Below, in pieces: positions 1-12,964 of a stretch of 64,000 nt of DNA (positions are counted from its first letter, which is position 1; every line of letters starts with the position of its first letter). The notes beneath the pieces were generated by a model. That model was not told the DNA's origin. It saw only the letters and a program-made list of their open reading frames with translations, and ran no database searches. The translations under genes were made by a program, and so were the position numbers. The stretch is from Eledone cirrhosa (lineage: Eukaryota). Location of the stretch: the NCBI GenBank assembly GCA_964016885.1, contig OZ024748.1, positions 27,156,001 to 27,220,000 on the forward strand. The letters are read 5' to 3'.

Positions 1-3000
1 GGGAAATGACAACGGACAGGGTGGTGTAGGAATTATGTTAGCTGAAAAATGGGTAGATAAGGTAATTGACGTAAATAGAGTGAATGACAGAATAATTGAA
101 TTAAGACTAGTTCTAAATAGAACTACTGTGACATTAATATCTGCTTATGCACCCCAATCTGGTCTACCTGATGTTATAAAGGACAGGTTCTATGAGATGC
201 TAATGCACACTACCTCCCAAATAACCGACAGTGACTACTTAATTATTGCTGGCGATCTAAACGGTCACGTTGGACAACATAGTGATGGCTATGATGGAAT
301 CCATGGAGGCTATGGGGTTGGAAATAGAAATGAGGAGGGCTTCATAACCCTGGAATTCTGTGACGCAAATAGCCTAACTATCTGTAACACAAACTTCAAA
401 AAACGTGAAAACCACTTGATCACCTATAGATCAGGGGAACACGCCAGCCAGATAGATTATATCCTTACTAGAAGACGGGACAAAATGTCTGTTGTAAAAA
501 CTAAATCCCTCCCCCCGTGAAGAATGCACCCCCCAACATAGCCTAGTAGTTAATGACCCCATAGTCAGGAATAGACGTACTCGACGACAGAGGAGGCCTA
601 CCTTGAGGAGAAGAACATGGAAGTTGAAGGACCTCATAGCCAGTGACAAATTTAAAAGCTTATTACTTGATGCCTTTGACAATAAGGAAGAGCAATTAGA
701 GACGTGCAATATAGAGGAACAGTGGCAATTCTTGAAAGTGAACCTGCTGAAAGCAACGGATGAAATCTGTGGCTGGAGCAGACCTATTGGCAGGAGGAGA
801 ATAACTTGGTGGTGGAACAGTAAGGTGGAAGAGACAATCAAGGCAAAAAAGCAGGCTTGGAAAGTATGGCAGGATGGGGGAAGTAGAGAGCACTATCAAG
901 TGGCCAGGAGAGAAGCTAGGAGACAAGTGTTCCTTGCAAAGGTAGCAGAGAATAGAAAGTTCAAGCATGTTCTACGTGAGGTGTTCAGGATTGCTAGACA
1001 ATGTGTCAAGGAAAACCATGATATTGTCGGGGAGAAGTGTGTCCATAATGATAATGGTGTACTTGCCCTCACTGATACAGATAAGAAGATAGCCTGGAAG
1101 TGTCACTACGAGAGACTATTAAATGAGGAGAATAAATGGGAAAAAGATAGTCTGCCCCAAATCGATCCAATAGAAGGACCAGCGGTGCAAGTTAAAGGTA
1201 GTATAATAAGTAAGGCAATCAAAGATATGAAGACAGGCAAGGCAGCTGGGCGTTCGGAGATAGTTGCTGAGATGTTGAAGGCATCTGGTATGGTGGACAC
1301 ATTATGGTCACCCGTATAGTTAACCAAGTAATACAGAATGGGGTCATACCGAAAGAGTGGCGTAGCAGCATCATCATTAACTGCTTCAAGGGTAAAGGGG
1401 ATGCCCTAGATAGGGGAAACTATAGAGGCATTAAGTTAGTTGACCAGGTTATGAAGGTCACAGAAAGAGTTATAGCGCAACTAATCAGAGCAAATTGATC
1501 TAGATGAAATGCAGTTTGGGTTTGTGTCAGGTAAAAGTACCACAGACGCTCTTTTCCTTGTTCGACAACTACAAGAGAAGTACCTAGCTAAAAGTAAACC
1601 CCTCTACTTAGCTTTTGTAGACCTGGAGAAAGCTTTTGACAGAGTACCCCGCTCCATTATCTGGTGGGCTCTTAGAAAACTAGGTGTAGATGAATGACTT
1701 GTGAGAGCTATACAAGCTATGTATAATGAAACAGTCATGAATATTGTGAAGAATTTAGTGTAAAAATTGGCATTCATCAAGGCTCTGTCCTTAGCCCTCT
1801 CTTATTTATTATTGCCCTTCAGGCTATAACAGAGGAGTTCAAGACCGGCTGCCCATGGGAACTCCTATACGCAGATGATCTAATGCTCATAGCTGAATCA
1901 ATGGCTGAACTAGAGAAGAAATTCGAAACATGGAAGCATGGCCTAGAATCAAAAGGCCTTAAAGTTAACTTGTCTAAGACTAAAGTTCTAGTTTGTAGAA
2001 AGGAAAATAGGGTACAGGTGCCCTCAGGGAAATGGCCATGCTCAGTGTGTAGGAAATGAGTAGGCAGAAATTCCATTTTATGTCCCAAATGCAAAGTATG
2101 GGTGCATAAAAGATGTAGTGGGATCACAGGTAAACTATCTAAGAACGTAGACTTTATATGTGGCCAATGCTCAGGTGCAATGCTCAGTAGCAAGTGTCCA
2201 AAGGATACTAGCTCCTTCTATTGCCCAGATGGTTCTATAGAAATAGTAGACATTTTCCGTTACCTGGGTGACGAAATCAGCAGTGGTGGAGGGTGTTCTG
2301 AAAGTACAGTAGCCAGAGTCAGAACGGGATGGAAAAAGTTCAGAGAGCTTATACCGCTGTTGGCCACAAAAGGTTTCTCTCTAAAAATGAAAGGCAGATT
2401 GTATGATGCCTGTATACGAACAGCAATGCTACATGGCAGTGAGATATGGGCATTACGTGCAGAGGACCTGCGTAGACTGGAAAGGAACGAAGCATGCATG
2501 CTCCGTTAAATGTGTAATACGTGAACGGCAAAGCATAAATGAACTAAGTGAGAAATTAGGAATAAGAGAGATCAGATGCTGTTTACTTGAGAGAAGACTA
2601 CGTTGGTATGGTCACGTGATGCGCATGAAAGACGACAGCTGCATAAAAAAGTGCAGGGCGATCAAAATTGATGGTAGTTACGGAGTAGGTAGACCCAGAA
2701 AAACCTGGGATGATCTGATAAATTCCGACCTCACACACTTACATCTCTCTAAGACAATGTCTCTGGACCGAGATCTTTGGCGCTACGCAGTAATACAGAA
2801 GACCCGCCTTGCCTATGTACAAAGCGAAACCTACAGTCAGTAGGCACTTCTTAACCAAATATACACCCCAATCCACTACCCCTACCCTATCCTCCCACTC
2901 CCACCAACAGCACGAGAAAATGAGATCAAGATCGTGTAGGTGTCACGACAAAAAACACACAGTCCACGCTGCAATGTGGTCGTGTAGGTAACACGGTAAA

Positions 3001-3185
3001 AAGTTCCCAGTTCCACACGGTAAATGTGGTTGGTGTTAGGAAGGGCATCCAGCCGTAGAAAACCTGCCAGATAGTCCTATATGAGCGAGACGCGATCACC
3101 CGACCAGCCTTGCCTCAAGTGGGACAACTCCCGTCTAACCCATGCTAGCGTGGAAAATGGACGTTAAACGAATTTGATGATGACA
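1..3185 (+). mobile_element. RTE-type non-LTR retrotransposon, degenerate (APE + RT + Cys-rich finger + 3' UTR)
   Basis: ORF pieces 35-520 (ISAYAPQ, GDLNGHVG, SQIDYIL = APE), 603-1697 (QFGF..GKST, FVDLEKAFD), YADD near 1867-1878, 2102-2843 (RLRWYGHV, GRPRKTW). Broken by stops and frameshifts. 3' UTR ends in a GATGAT tail shared with other copies. Confidence 0.93.
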
Positions 3186-3557
3186 TGTATCTATAATCAG
3201 AAAGAAAAAAAGAAGTCAACAACTGACAAAAGACCAAAAGAAAGAAAGAAATATAGAGAATTTGGGCTTAATAAAATAAAATAAGACAATGAATTAATAA
3301 ATAAATTTAATAAAAAATATAAAATAAATACCTCCACACAACCCGCCCATTCACAAAATACAATAGAAATACCAAACCCCAACACAATGTCAAGGTTGTA
3401 TATATAAATAAAAATGGGAAAATAAAAAATACATACACATATATACACATGTGTATGTGTAAGGAGGAACAAAGAAACAAGTGAGGGGGAGATAGAGTCT
3501 TGAGAACAGGTTTCAATTGTCCATGAACTCTCTCTCACATTCACACACACACATGTG

Positions 3558-3613
<56 letters not shown>

Positions 3614-3892
3614 CAAATACAAATAAAGATTCAGCGAGAATCGCATTTTCGGCGGGCATATATATATATATGCATGCCCCCCCCCCCCCCCCCCCCACCT
3701 GATTGGTTTTGAATTGAGTTTGAATTATTTTCCCACATCTTACGTTAACTATTGTTCCATTTTGACGCTATAGTCACTTATATATTATGGAATACTGTTG
3801 GCTTCTTGCTACAATAATTTCTATACTTTTCATTTTTATATATATATAAGTATGTATACGTACATACATATATTTATACAGACGTACAGTAG

Positions 3893-3949
<57 letters not shown>

Positions 3950-3956
<7 letters not shown>

Positions 3957-4300
3957 CATGCACACATATATATATGTACGTATGGATTCACCGAACATTT
4001 ATTATAATGCTCGGTGTGTTCGCAAACAAACATCCCGAATTAAGCCGTACAGTGTCTAGCAACCATCGTTGCTCATTTGTTCAACACTGACAAAGGAACG
4101 CTTTTCTAGTTTCAAGCTTATTAGCCATCGTCTGCAACGTACACCTTCCTGCCAGATGGTTGAACAAATGAGCAACGATGGTTGCTAGACACTGTACGGC
4201 TTAATTCGGGATGTTTGTTTGCGAACACACCGAGCATTATAATAAATGTTCGGTGATCCATACGTACATATATATATGTGTGCATGTATGTATATATATA
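3950..4300. repeat. Fold-back element in (TA)n: ~135-bp inverted arms, ~75-bp spacer
   Basis: ~3950-4085 is the reverse complement of ~4158-4300. Confidence 0.85.
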
Positions 4301-4408
4301 TACATACTACGGTACGTCTGTATACATATATGTATGTACGTATACATACTTATATTTAGGTAACAGCCGTACTAAGAGTGAGAAATGAAATTTCGTTTCA
4401 TTTTTTCC

Positions 4409-4442
<34 letters not shown>

Positions 4443-4804
4443 TTATTATTATGTAATAAACAACATAAGGCAATTATTCCATTTACCAGTGGTTTCTTAA
4501 AAGCAAAAGGTTTTGCTTTCAATCCTCAGAATGAAAAAATCCTGGTTTGTTTATTGAATTTGGATTTAAAAAAACAAAAATGCAATCTATATGAAAGTGA
4601 GGCTGGAGAAGGAAGAAGGAAAGGAAAAATAAAATAAAACTACACATGCAAACACACACACAAAAAAAAACCAAAAGCATACATACACACACATATATAT
4701 ATACATATATATATATATACAAATATACATATACACATATATATATATACATACACATATATACACATACACATACATACACATATACACATACATACAC
4801 TCAT

Positions 4805-4842
<38 letters not shown>

Positions 4843-4854
4843 ACATGTACACAC

Positions 4855-4916
<62 letters not shown>

Positions 4917-5003
4917 TTTCACTGCTAGCGTAAATCTCTTCAAATGAAGTTGATGTTTATTACGGTATGTCGAATATATTTATCTATAAAACTGTTTATA
5001 TTG

Positions 5004-5069
5004 TATTTTGTCTGATGAAGGCATAGCATATTGTTAATATGATATCCCCGAAATATATATAATGAAATA
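5004..5069 (+). ncRNA. Minimal type-I hammerhead ribozyme fold, family 1
   Basis: TATTTTGT-CTGATGA(5012)-stem II-GAAA(5050)-TATATATA-ATGAAATA. Stem I pairs over 8 positions (two G.U); palindromic short stem III as in PLE hammerheads. Confidence 0.7.
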
Positions 5070-5102
5070 AATATGGTTTTATAAATATAGTTTTCCATTT
5101 AT

Positions 5103-5132
<30 letters not shown>

Positions 5133-5134
<2 letters not shown>

Positions 5135-5667
5135 GGAAAGTTATATTTAAATTGTTGGGTTAACAACGAGTAAATATTTATAACTGATATAAAAGCACTC
5201 AACAAGTATTTGGAGTATATTTATGATATTAAATAAATGGAAACTATATTTATAAAACCATATTTATTTCGTTATATATATTTCAGGGATATCATATTAA
5301 CAATATGTTATGCCATCTTCAGACAAAATACAATATAAACAGTCTTATAAATAAATAGATACGACATACCTTTCAATCACCTTGCATTTGGTAGGTTGAT
5401 TTGGCAGTAAAAAATATTGATTTGGCAGTAAAAAATATCTTTCTCTCTTTATCTCTTTCTTTTTACAACTGTCCACAATATTTTTTACTGCCAAATCAAC
5501 CTACCAAATGCAAGGTGATTGAAAGGTATGTCGTATCTATTTATTTATAAGACTGTTTATATTGTATTTTGTCTGAAGATGGCATAACATATTGTTAATA
5601 TGATATCCCTGAAATATATATAACGAAATAAATATGGTTTTATAAATATAGTTTCCATTTATTTAAT

Positions 5668-5672
<5 letters not shown>
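5133..5672. mobile_element. Non-autonomous PLE-type fold-back insertion, family 1 (hammerheads at 5265-5330 - and 5565-5630 +)
   Basis: 5223-5419 and 5476-5672 are inverted copies. CTGAAGA at 5573, GAAA at 5611. An ~85-bp tail segment lies at 5133-5218. (TA)n flanks. Confidence 0.75.
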
Positions 5673-5717
<45 letters not shown>

Positions 5718-6335
5718 TATACATACACATATATGTGTGTACAAGCATGCACATATACAAACATAGCCATACACGCATATATATACATACATACATTCAC
5801 ACAATCATACATATATACACACGTACATACATACACATACATAAATGCACTCCTCTACATATTCACACACGCAAATAAATATAAGAAAAAAAAAATATAT
5901 ATATATATATATTAAAAATATTTGACACCGTTACATAAGGCAGCTAACTGGACAGACACGCCTGTTAAGTAATACACACAAATGCACGTATACATACGTA
6001 CGAAATAGTAAACACATACACACACTCTCACACATAAATATACATATACAAATACATAAACACATACATACACATACATGCACAAACACGCACACGTATA
6101 CAATATATACACACACATATGTATATGTAATTATACACACACACACACATATATATATATACATATATATATATATACACAAACACACACACACACACAC
6201 ATATATGTATACATACACACACATAACCATACATAGCTAAACAATTATACACATACAAATACGTACATATCATAAACACGCACAACCAAATACAAACATA
6301 CACACACATACATATATATATATACACACGCATAT

Positions 6336-6374
<39 letters not shown>

Positions 6375-6894
6375 TATACACATGCATACACATACACACA
6401 CACATACATGTGTGTATATGTAAAACTCAGTCTTAGATAATTCATATGAACCTTACATATACATATATATAGTAGTAAAGTAATAAAGCAACATAAGGCA
6501 ATTATTCCATTCACCAGTGGTTTCTTAAAAGCAAAAAATTTTTCCTTCAATCTTCAGAATGAAAAAAACCTGGTCTATCCACATATACATACATATACAC
6601 ACACAAATACATACATATATATACACATACACATACACACACATACATATATATATATACATACATATATACATATATATATATATACACACAAATATAC
6701 ATACACATACACATAGGTATGTGAAGGGCAAGGCAAAAAGAATATAGGGGGGGGGAGGATAAGAAAAGGTGAAATATAAGGGGAGGTAAGGGAGAAAAAA
6801 TAAGTAAATATACAAGAGTACAGAACGTAGAATCAGCGAAATAAAAACCGTAGCAAAAGTAAAGAGCAGGGAAGGAGATCAAGGCGGTTGATTT

Positions 6895-6969
<75 letters not shown>

Positions 6970-6985
6970 TAAAATAACAGATTAA

Positions 6986-7036
6986 AGTTTAAGCAAAGAA
7001 TCGCTGCTTTCACCCTTAACGGGATCTTCTGAAACT
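6986..7036 (-). ncRNA. Hammerhead-like fold in the 3' pseudo-LTR (variant core CAGAAGA)
   Basis: Minus strand: AGTTT-CAGAAGA-TCCCGTTAAGGGT-GAAAGCAG..TTGCT-T-AAACT. Stems I, II and III all pair. Confidence 0.55.
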
Positions 7037-7962
7037 AACAAAGTCAATCTGTAAACGCAGAACTGGATATTTCAGAAAACGTTGCAACCGGAGGAAGACA
7101 GGAAGACGATACTTTGGTTCGTGGAAACGTTCGCTGGCAAAGAACGGGAAAAAACGAATAATACGTCATTAATAGGAGCGGTGAAAAACAATTACGCGCA
7201 AAGACAGAACCACGTTTATGGTATAAAAGAGGTCGTAGACTAATGTTCTCTTAGGTGGTGCATAGAGACGTTCTCTGGCAATGAACGAAAAAACGAAGAT
7301 AATACGTCATATGTGGAGCGTGGAGAACAATAGCACGCCAAGACAAAACCACGTAAATGGTATAGCAGAAGTCGTAGACTAAAATTCTAACTAGGAGACC
7401 AAATGAATCTCCGCTACAGAGTTAAGAACAAAGTAAATAAATACAATACAGAAGTAATAGAAATAAATAAATACATACACGCAAACAAATACGTACATAC
7501 ACAAGCATACGCAAAACCTTACCATAGGTATACAAAACCACGCACATATAAATATGTGTGTGTGTGTATGCGTGTATACAAATAAATAAATAATTATATA
7601 AATGTATAAGAATAAATAAATACGTATATAACAAGCGCACACACATACCTACATATAAATACACGAATGTTCGGAGACGTAAGTCAACTAAAACAAGAAG
7701 TACACATATACACACACCCACCATACGTACGAACCTGCATACTCACACAGACGCAAAACTCCCGTATACACATAGCCAAACCCTATGTACCAGGAATATA
7801 AAATTATACGCCATAACAATCAAATATACGTACGAGAAGGTATACGTACCTTCACAAAACATACGGGTAATATATACTTACCTATGCAAATAAGTAAAGG
7901 AATAAACAAAACATATACTTAGCTCCCACATCAAGACGTAAATTATCCACGTATAGATCGTA

Positions 7963-10080
7963 CTATCCGTTAGGGTATAACGTGGGGCTGTAATACAGGA
8001 AAGTTTTGTGCAATTTATGTTTACAAGCCGAAATTGCCTCAGATTTTTTGTTTAAGATGTGGTCTGTGGCGTAGAGTATTTCCAGGGCCTCAGCGGCGCA
8101 GAGGTCACATGGTCTTTTATTTCCGTTATACGATCTAGCCCTAGCTAGGATCTCCCAGTGTAACTTATATTGGGTGTGGTTGTCTTTTAGACTCCAGATA
8201 TAAGCTGAAAGTGACGTCATATTCCTTCTTAGAGGGTAACGAAAAGAATGGGTATGCATGTAAAGACGCTGCTTGAAACTATTGGCGGTTAACCCTATGT
8301 AGGCCCTATGGGACGTGGGTGTTACAACCTTACATTTGTAGACAATGTTACTAGAGAGGCATTTCCCGGATAGGGGGCAATCAGCCCGATTCCTACAATT
8401 ACAGTTAGTACTAACTACAGGGTTGCACGTGTTCCTACGGCTAGGTAGTTTAGCTAAATTTGAAGCTGTGATGTTATGTGCAAGGTTAGGAGTCGTAGAG
8501 TAAGAAATTTTAATAGTATTTCTATTAAAAATTTTACTATATTTATGTGTAGGGGGAAAATGCTTCGTAATAAGGGAAAGAAAGATCTTAGCTAATGGTG
8601 TGGCCACCTCCATATTATATGGTGGGTTATACCAACAAATGCGACGGGATCTATTTCTTCTAGGTCTATTTTCGTACTCTGTATATGCTACCTTATCGAC
8701 AAATCCACTTCGAGCAAGAGCTTCATTATAATAAGTGGAATGGTCGTTGAAAATACGCTCGTTGGTGGAAAGACGGGAAAGCCTCAACGAAACGTTTCTT
8801 ACCAGGTTCTTGGTTATGCTGGCAGGATGGTTGGAATGCTTACTTATGTAATTAAGCGTATCATTCGGCTTTCTATACGGGTAATACAACCCATTCAATA
8901 AATTGAGGGTAACGTCGAGGTAATTAACGACCGAGAGATTGGCCTCAACCTGTTTAGAGAGGTTGAAGCCTTTAAAGAAGGCTGTGAGTTCTTTTCTGAA
9001 CCGAGGTTCGCACTTAGTCATGGTCAAAAGACCATCGTCAGGGTACAAACCACCGCCCGCGTTGGAGAATTCGTCCTTGATAGAGAAAAGAAGGAAAAGG
9101 CCAATAAGATCAGTAACCTCCGCAGAGTCACTGGCGCCCATACTCACGTCGAATGGGGTACTATTTGATTTTTTAATCCAAATAGAGTCGTCGAAATTAA
9201 TCACCGACTTTCGGGCATTGAGGATGACATCAACTTCGAAACCCTTAACCACTGTGAGTGTTTTAGCGAAATTGATAGCTCTAAAGAGAAGTGGTAAAGT
9301 GATGGAGGAGTAGTAATTGTTGATGTCGAATTGGATCAAACGGCAATGTTCCTTGTTACATATGCCGTTGAACCAATCAATCACCGCGAAGGAATTGTTC
9401 CACAGTACAAGAGGGGCCAAACTTCTAATTTCAGGTATAATTCTATCAAGAATCGTTTTACTAAGTCTACCTAAATCGGACTTCATAGGGTTAATAAGCC
9501 GAATAGAGGGGTTGTTCGGAAAATTGGATTTGTGATCCTTCAGGGTAAAGTGGGGAGAAATAGGGTCCAGAGGTTCGGTCCGGTCCAGGATGTTGAGATC
9601 AGATGTGATTTTAAACCCAGCATCGTTGATTTCATTGATGACACAACGATTAGTTTTACGGTAATCCTTAGTTACAGCATTATGTAGTAGTTGATGGTAA
9701 GTACTGCGCTCCACTTGATATAGGTTGCCAGTTTTGTCGGAATGGACGTGTATGGCGTTAGAATCCTTAATAGAACGAATTCTATTCTTCAGGTCTTGCT
9801 GGAAGGAATTGCTCCTATTCCGAAATGTGATACTCCGAATGAGTTCCAAGACATCATTTTCGAAGGGTAGCAATGCTGGGTTCCATGGGGGGTTATTATA
9901 GGTTTTAAATCCAAATTTATCCTGTTTGTTGTCTGCTTTTCGCGGATTATCGAAATAAAAGGCACGCCAACGCAACCTTTTAATGAACGCGTCTGTTTTC
10001 TGTATCAGGAGTTTTAGGTATGTTTTCCTGCTTGGTACGGGTATGTTCTTTGTAGAAATATTCAGATGTTGTTTCTGCAT
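7963..10080 (-). CDS. PLE polyprotein: reverse transcriptase + C-terminal GIY-YIG endonuclease
   Basis: SDKTGN, IQFDINNYYSSI, MGASDSAEV, LYPDDGL, NYLDVTLNL, SNHP, CxCx5Cx5C linker, IVYKC..YIGLT..FKQR, CDLCAAE. Confidence 0.92.
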   Translation of the reverse strand: MQKQHLNISTKNIPVPSRKTYLKLLIQKTDAFIKRLRWRAFYFDNPRKADNKQDKFGFKTYNNPPWNPALLPFENDVLELIRSITFRNRSNSFQQDLKNRIRSIKDSNAIHVHSDKTGNLYQVERSTYHQLLHNAVTKDYRKTNRCVINEINDAGFKITSDLNILDRTEPLDPISPHFTLKDHKSNFPNNPSIRLINPMKSDLGRLSKTILDRIIPEIRSLAPLVLWNNSFAVIDWFNGICNKEHCRLIQFDINNYYSSITLPLLFRAINFAKTLTVVKGFEVDVILNARKSVINFDDSIWIKKSNSTPFDVSMGASDSAEVTDLIGLFLLFSIKDEFSNAGGGLYPDDGLLTMTKCEPRFRKELTAFFKGFNLSKQVEANLSVVNYLDVTLNLLNGLYYPYRKPNDTLNYISKHSNHPASITKNLVRNVSLRLSRLSTNERIFNDHSTYYNEALARSGFVDKVAYTEYENRPRRNRSRRICWYNPPYNMEVATPLAKIFLSLITKHFPPTHKYSKIFNRNTIKISYSTTPNLAHNITASNLAKLPSRRNTCNPVVSTNCNCRNRADCPLSGKCLSSNIVYKCKVVTPTSHRAYIGLTANSFKQRLYMHTHSFRYPLRRNMTSLSAYIWSLKDNHTQYKLHWEILARARSYNGNKRPCDLCAAEALEILYATDHILNKKSEAISACKHKLHKTFLYYSPTLYPNG

Positions 10081-10234
10081 GATGAATATAAGTCAGTAGA
10101 GTGCTCAACCGAGGGAGCCAAATAGTAATAATAATCAATTTGAAGACTAAAATCCAAAGAGGGCTCGATAAGGATAAATATATATCAAATATATAAGAAC
10201 CGAAGAGCAAATATTTATTAAAATAACAGATTAA

Positions 10235-10285
10235 AGTTTAAGCAAAGAATCACTGCTTTCACCCTTAACGGGATCTTCTGAAACT
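10235..10285 (-). ncRNA. Hammerhead-like fold in the 5' pseudo-LTR (variant core CAGAAGA)
   Basis: Second copy of 6986-7036, differing by one substitution in the loop III region. Confidence 0.55.
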
Positions 10286-11114
10286 AACAAAGTCAATCTG
10301 TAAACGCAGAACTGGATATTTCAAAAAACATTGCAACCGGAGGAAGACAGGAAGACGATACTTTGGTTCGTGGAAACGTTCGCTGGCAAAGAACGGGAAA
10401 AAACGAATAATACGTCATTAATAGGAGCGGTGAAAAACAATTACGCGCGAAGACAGAACTACGTTTATGGTATAAAAGAGGTCGTAGACTAATGTTCTCT
10501 TAGGTGGTTCATAGAGACGTTCTCTGGCAATGAACGAAAAAACGAAGATAATACGTCATATGTGGAGCGTGGAGAACAATAGCACGCCAAGACAAAACCA
10601 CGTAAATGGTATAGCAGAAGTCGTAGACTAAAATTCTAACTAGGAGACCAAATGAATCTCCGCTACAGAGTTAAGAACAAAGTAAATAAATACAATACAG
10701 AAGTAATAGAAATAAATAAATACATACACGCAAACAAATACGTACATACACAAGCATACGCAAAACCTTACCATAGGTATACAAAACCAAGCACATATAA
10801 ATACGTGTGTGTGTGTATGCTTGTGTACAAATAAATAAATAATTATATAAACGTATAAGAATAAATAAATACGTATATAACAAGCGCACACACATACCTA
10901 CATATAAATACACGAATGTTCGGAGACGTAAGTCAACTAAAACAAGAAGTACACATATACACACACCCACCATACGTACGAACCTGCATACTCACACAGA
11001 CGCAAAACTCCCGTATACACATAGCCAAACCCTATGTACCAGGAATATAAAATTATACGCCATAAATCGAGCCCTCTTTGGATTTTAGTCTTCAAATTTA
11101 TTATTATTACTATA

Positions 11115-11163
<49 letters not shown>

Positions 11164-11184
11164 GTATATATATATATGTATATA

Positions 11185-11287
<103 letters not shown>

Positions 11288-11368
11288 GTAGGAGGTGAGT
11301 TTTATTGTAGTACAATAAAGCAATGCAGATATCGGATAAGAAGCACTCTACAGTTTGTAGGACTGGAG

Positions 11369-11703
11369 TATACATAATATAAGATCAAAAGATGGTTATG
11401 TATTTTATTATGCGCATTTCAAAAACAAACATCATCATGCAATAATATTTGTGTTTTCATCAGATAAAACAGGAGAACATGATATGAAGGCTAAAAAACA
11501 CTTGTGGATAGTGTAGTTTTAAATCAACATATGTTGATTTAAAACTGCACTATCCACAAGTGTTTTTTAGCCTTCATATCATGTTCTCCTGTTTTATCTG
11601 ATGAAAACAGAAATATTATTGCATGATGATGTTTGTTTTTGAAATGCGCATAATAAAATACATGGAACTCCTTTAACCATCTTTTGATCTTATATTATGT
11701 ATA
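11369..11703. mobile_element. Spacer-less palindromic element, family 2, with two hammerheads (11401-11471 -, 11590-11660 +)
   Basis: Symmetry centre AAATCAACAT|ATGTTGATTT at 11530/11531. TGTTTTAT-CTGATGA-AAAC..GTTTTT-GAAA-TGCGCA-TA-ATAAAATA. Confidence 0.8.
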
Positions 11704-11739
11704 TATATATATATGTACATATGTATATATATGTATATA

Positions 11740-11821
<82 letters not shown>

Positions 11822-12093
11822 GATATTAAATAAATGGAAACTATATTTATAAAACCATATTTATTTCATTATATATATTTCAGGGATATCATATTAACAA
11901 TATGTTATGCCTTCTTCAGACAAAATACAATATAGACAGTTTTATAGATAAATAGATTTGACATACCGTTCAACATCGACTTGTATTTGAAAAAGTTGAT
12001 TTGGCAGTAAATATACTCCAAATACTTGTTGAGCGCTTTTATATCAGTTATAAATATTTACTAGTTGTAACCCAACAATTTAAATATAACTTT

Positions 12094-12098
<5 letters not shown>
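11822..12098 (-). mobile_element. Family-1 hammerhead element with inverted cap
   Basis: 11822-12011 matches 5225-5410 (hammerhead 11862-11927). 12013-12098 is the reverse complement of 5133-5218. Confidence 0.75.
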
Positions 12099-12187
<89 letters not shown>

Positions 12188-12189
12188 GT

Positions 12190-12428
12190 AGGTGTCACGA
12201 CAAAAAAACACACAGTCCACGCTGTAATGTGGCCGTGTAGGCAACACGGTAAAAACCTCCCAGCCCCACACTGTAAATGTGGTTGGTGTTAGGAAGGGCA
12301 TCCAGCTGTAGAAAACCCGCCAGACAGTCCTACACGAGCAAGACCACCACTGTTGCCTCAAGTGGGAAAACTCCCGTCCAAACCCATGCAAGCGTGGAAC
12401 ATGGACGTTAAACGATGATGATGATGAT
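12190..12428 (+). mobile_element. RTE 3'-UTR-only copy
   Basis: Matches 2937-3185 (GGTGTTAGGAAGGGCATCCAGC..GGACGTTAAACGATGATG). Confidence 0.85.
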
Positions 12429-12431
12429 ATA

Positions 12432-12492
<61 letters not shown>

Positions 12493-12660
12493 ATAAATTA
12501 ACGGAGGCATAGGCCGTCGTTATTCCCTGTAAATAATGTGCTCAAAGGGGAAGAGATTCTGAGCCCTTTAAAATATAATATGTTGAGAAGGTAACACACC
12601 AGAGAGAGATATATAGTGCGTTATCAATAATACAGGGAAAAAACCCACCAGTGTATGGAA

Positions 12661-12707
<47 letters not shown>

Positions 12708-12757
12708 GTATATATATATATGTATACATATATACATATATATATATATACATATAC

Positions 12758-12808
<51 letters not shown>

Positions 12809-12843
12809 CATATATATATACATATATATATATATATAAATAT

Positions 12844-12874
<31 letters not shown>

Positions 12875-12899
12875 CATATACACACACACATATATAATA

Positions 12900-12964
<65 letters not shown>

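Larger units (their letters stand above)
6962..11112 (-). mobile_element. Near-complete Penelope-like retroelement with direct pseudo-LTRs (Naiad-like)
   Basis: 855-bp near-identical direct repeats 6962-7816 and 10211-11065 flank a 705-aa RT + GIY-YIG ORF. 11067-11112 is an inverted copy of 10123-10169. (TA)n on both sides. Confidence 0.92.

Noticed and set aside
7963-10080. Selenoprotein-type Naiad (in-frame UGA plus SECIS)
   Set aside because: The ORF is open without UGA, all linker positions are Cys, it ends in TAG, and I could not identify a SECIS.
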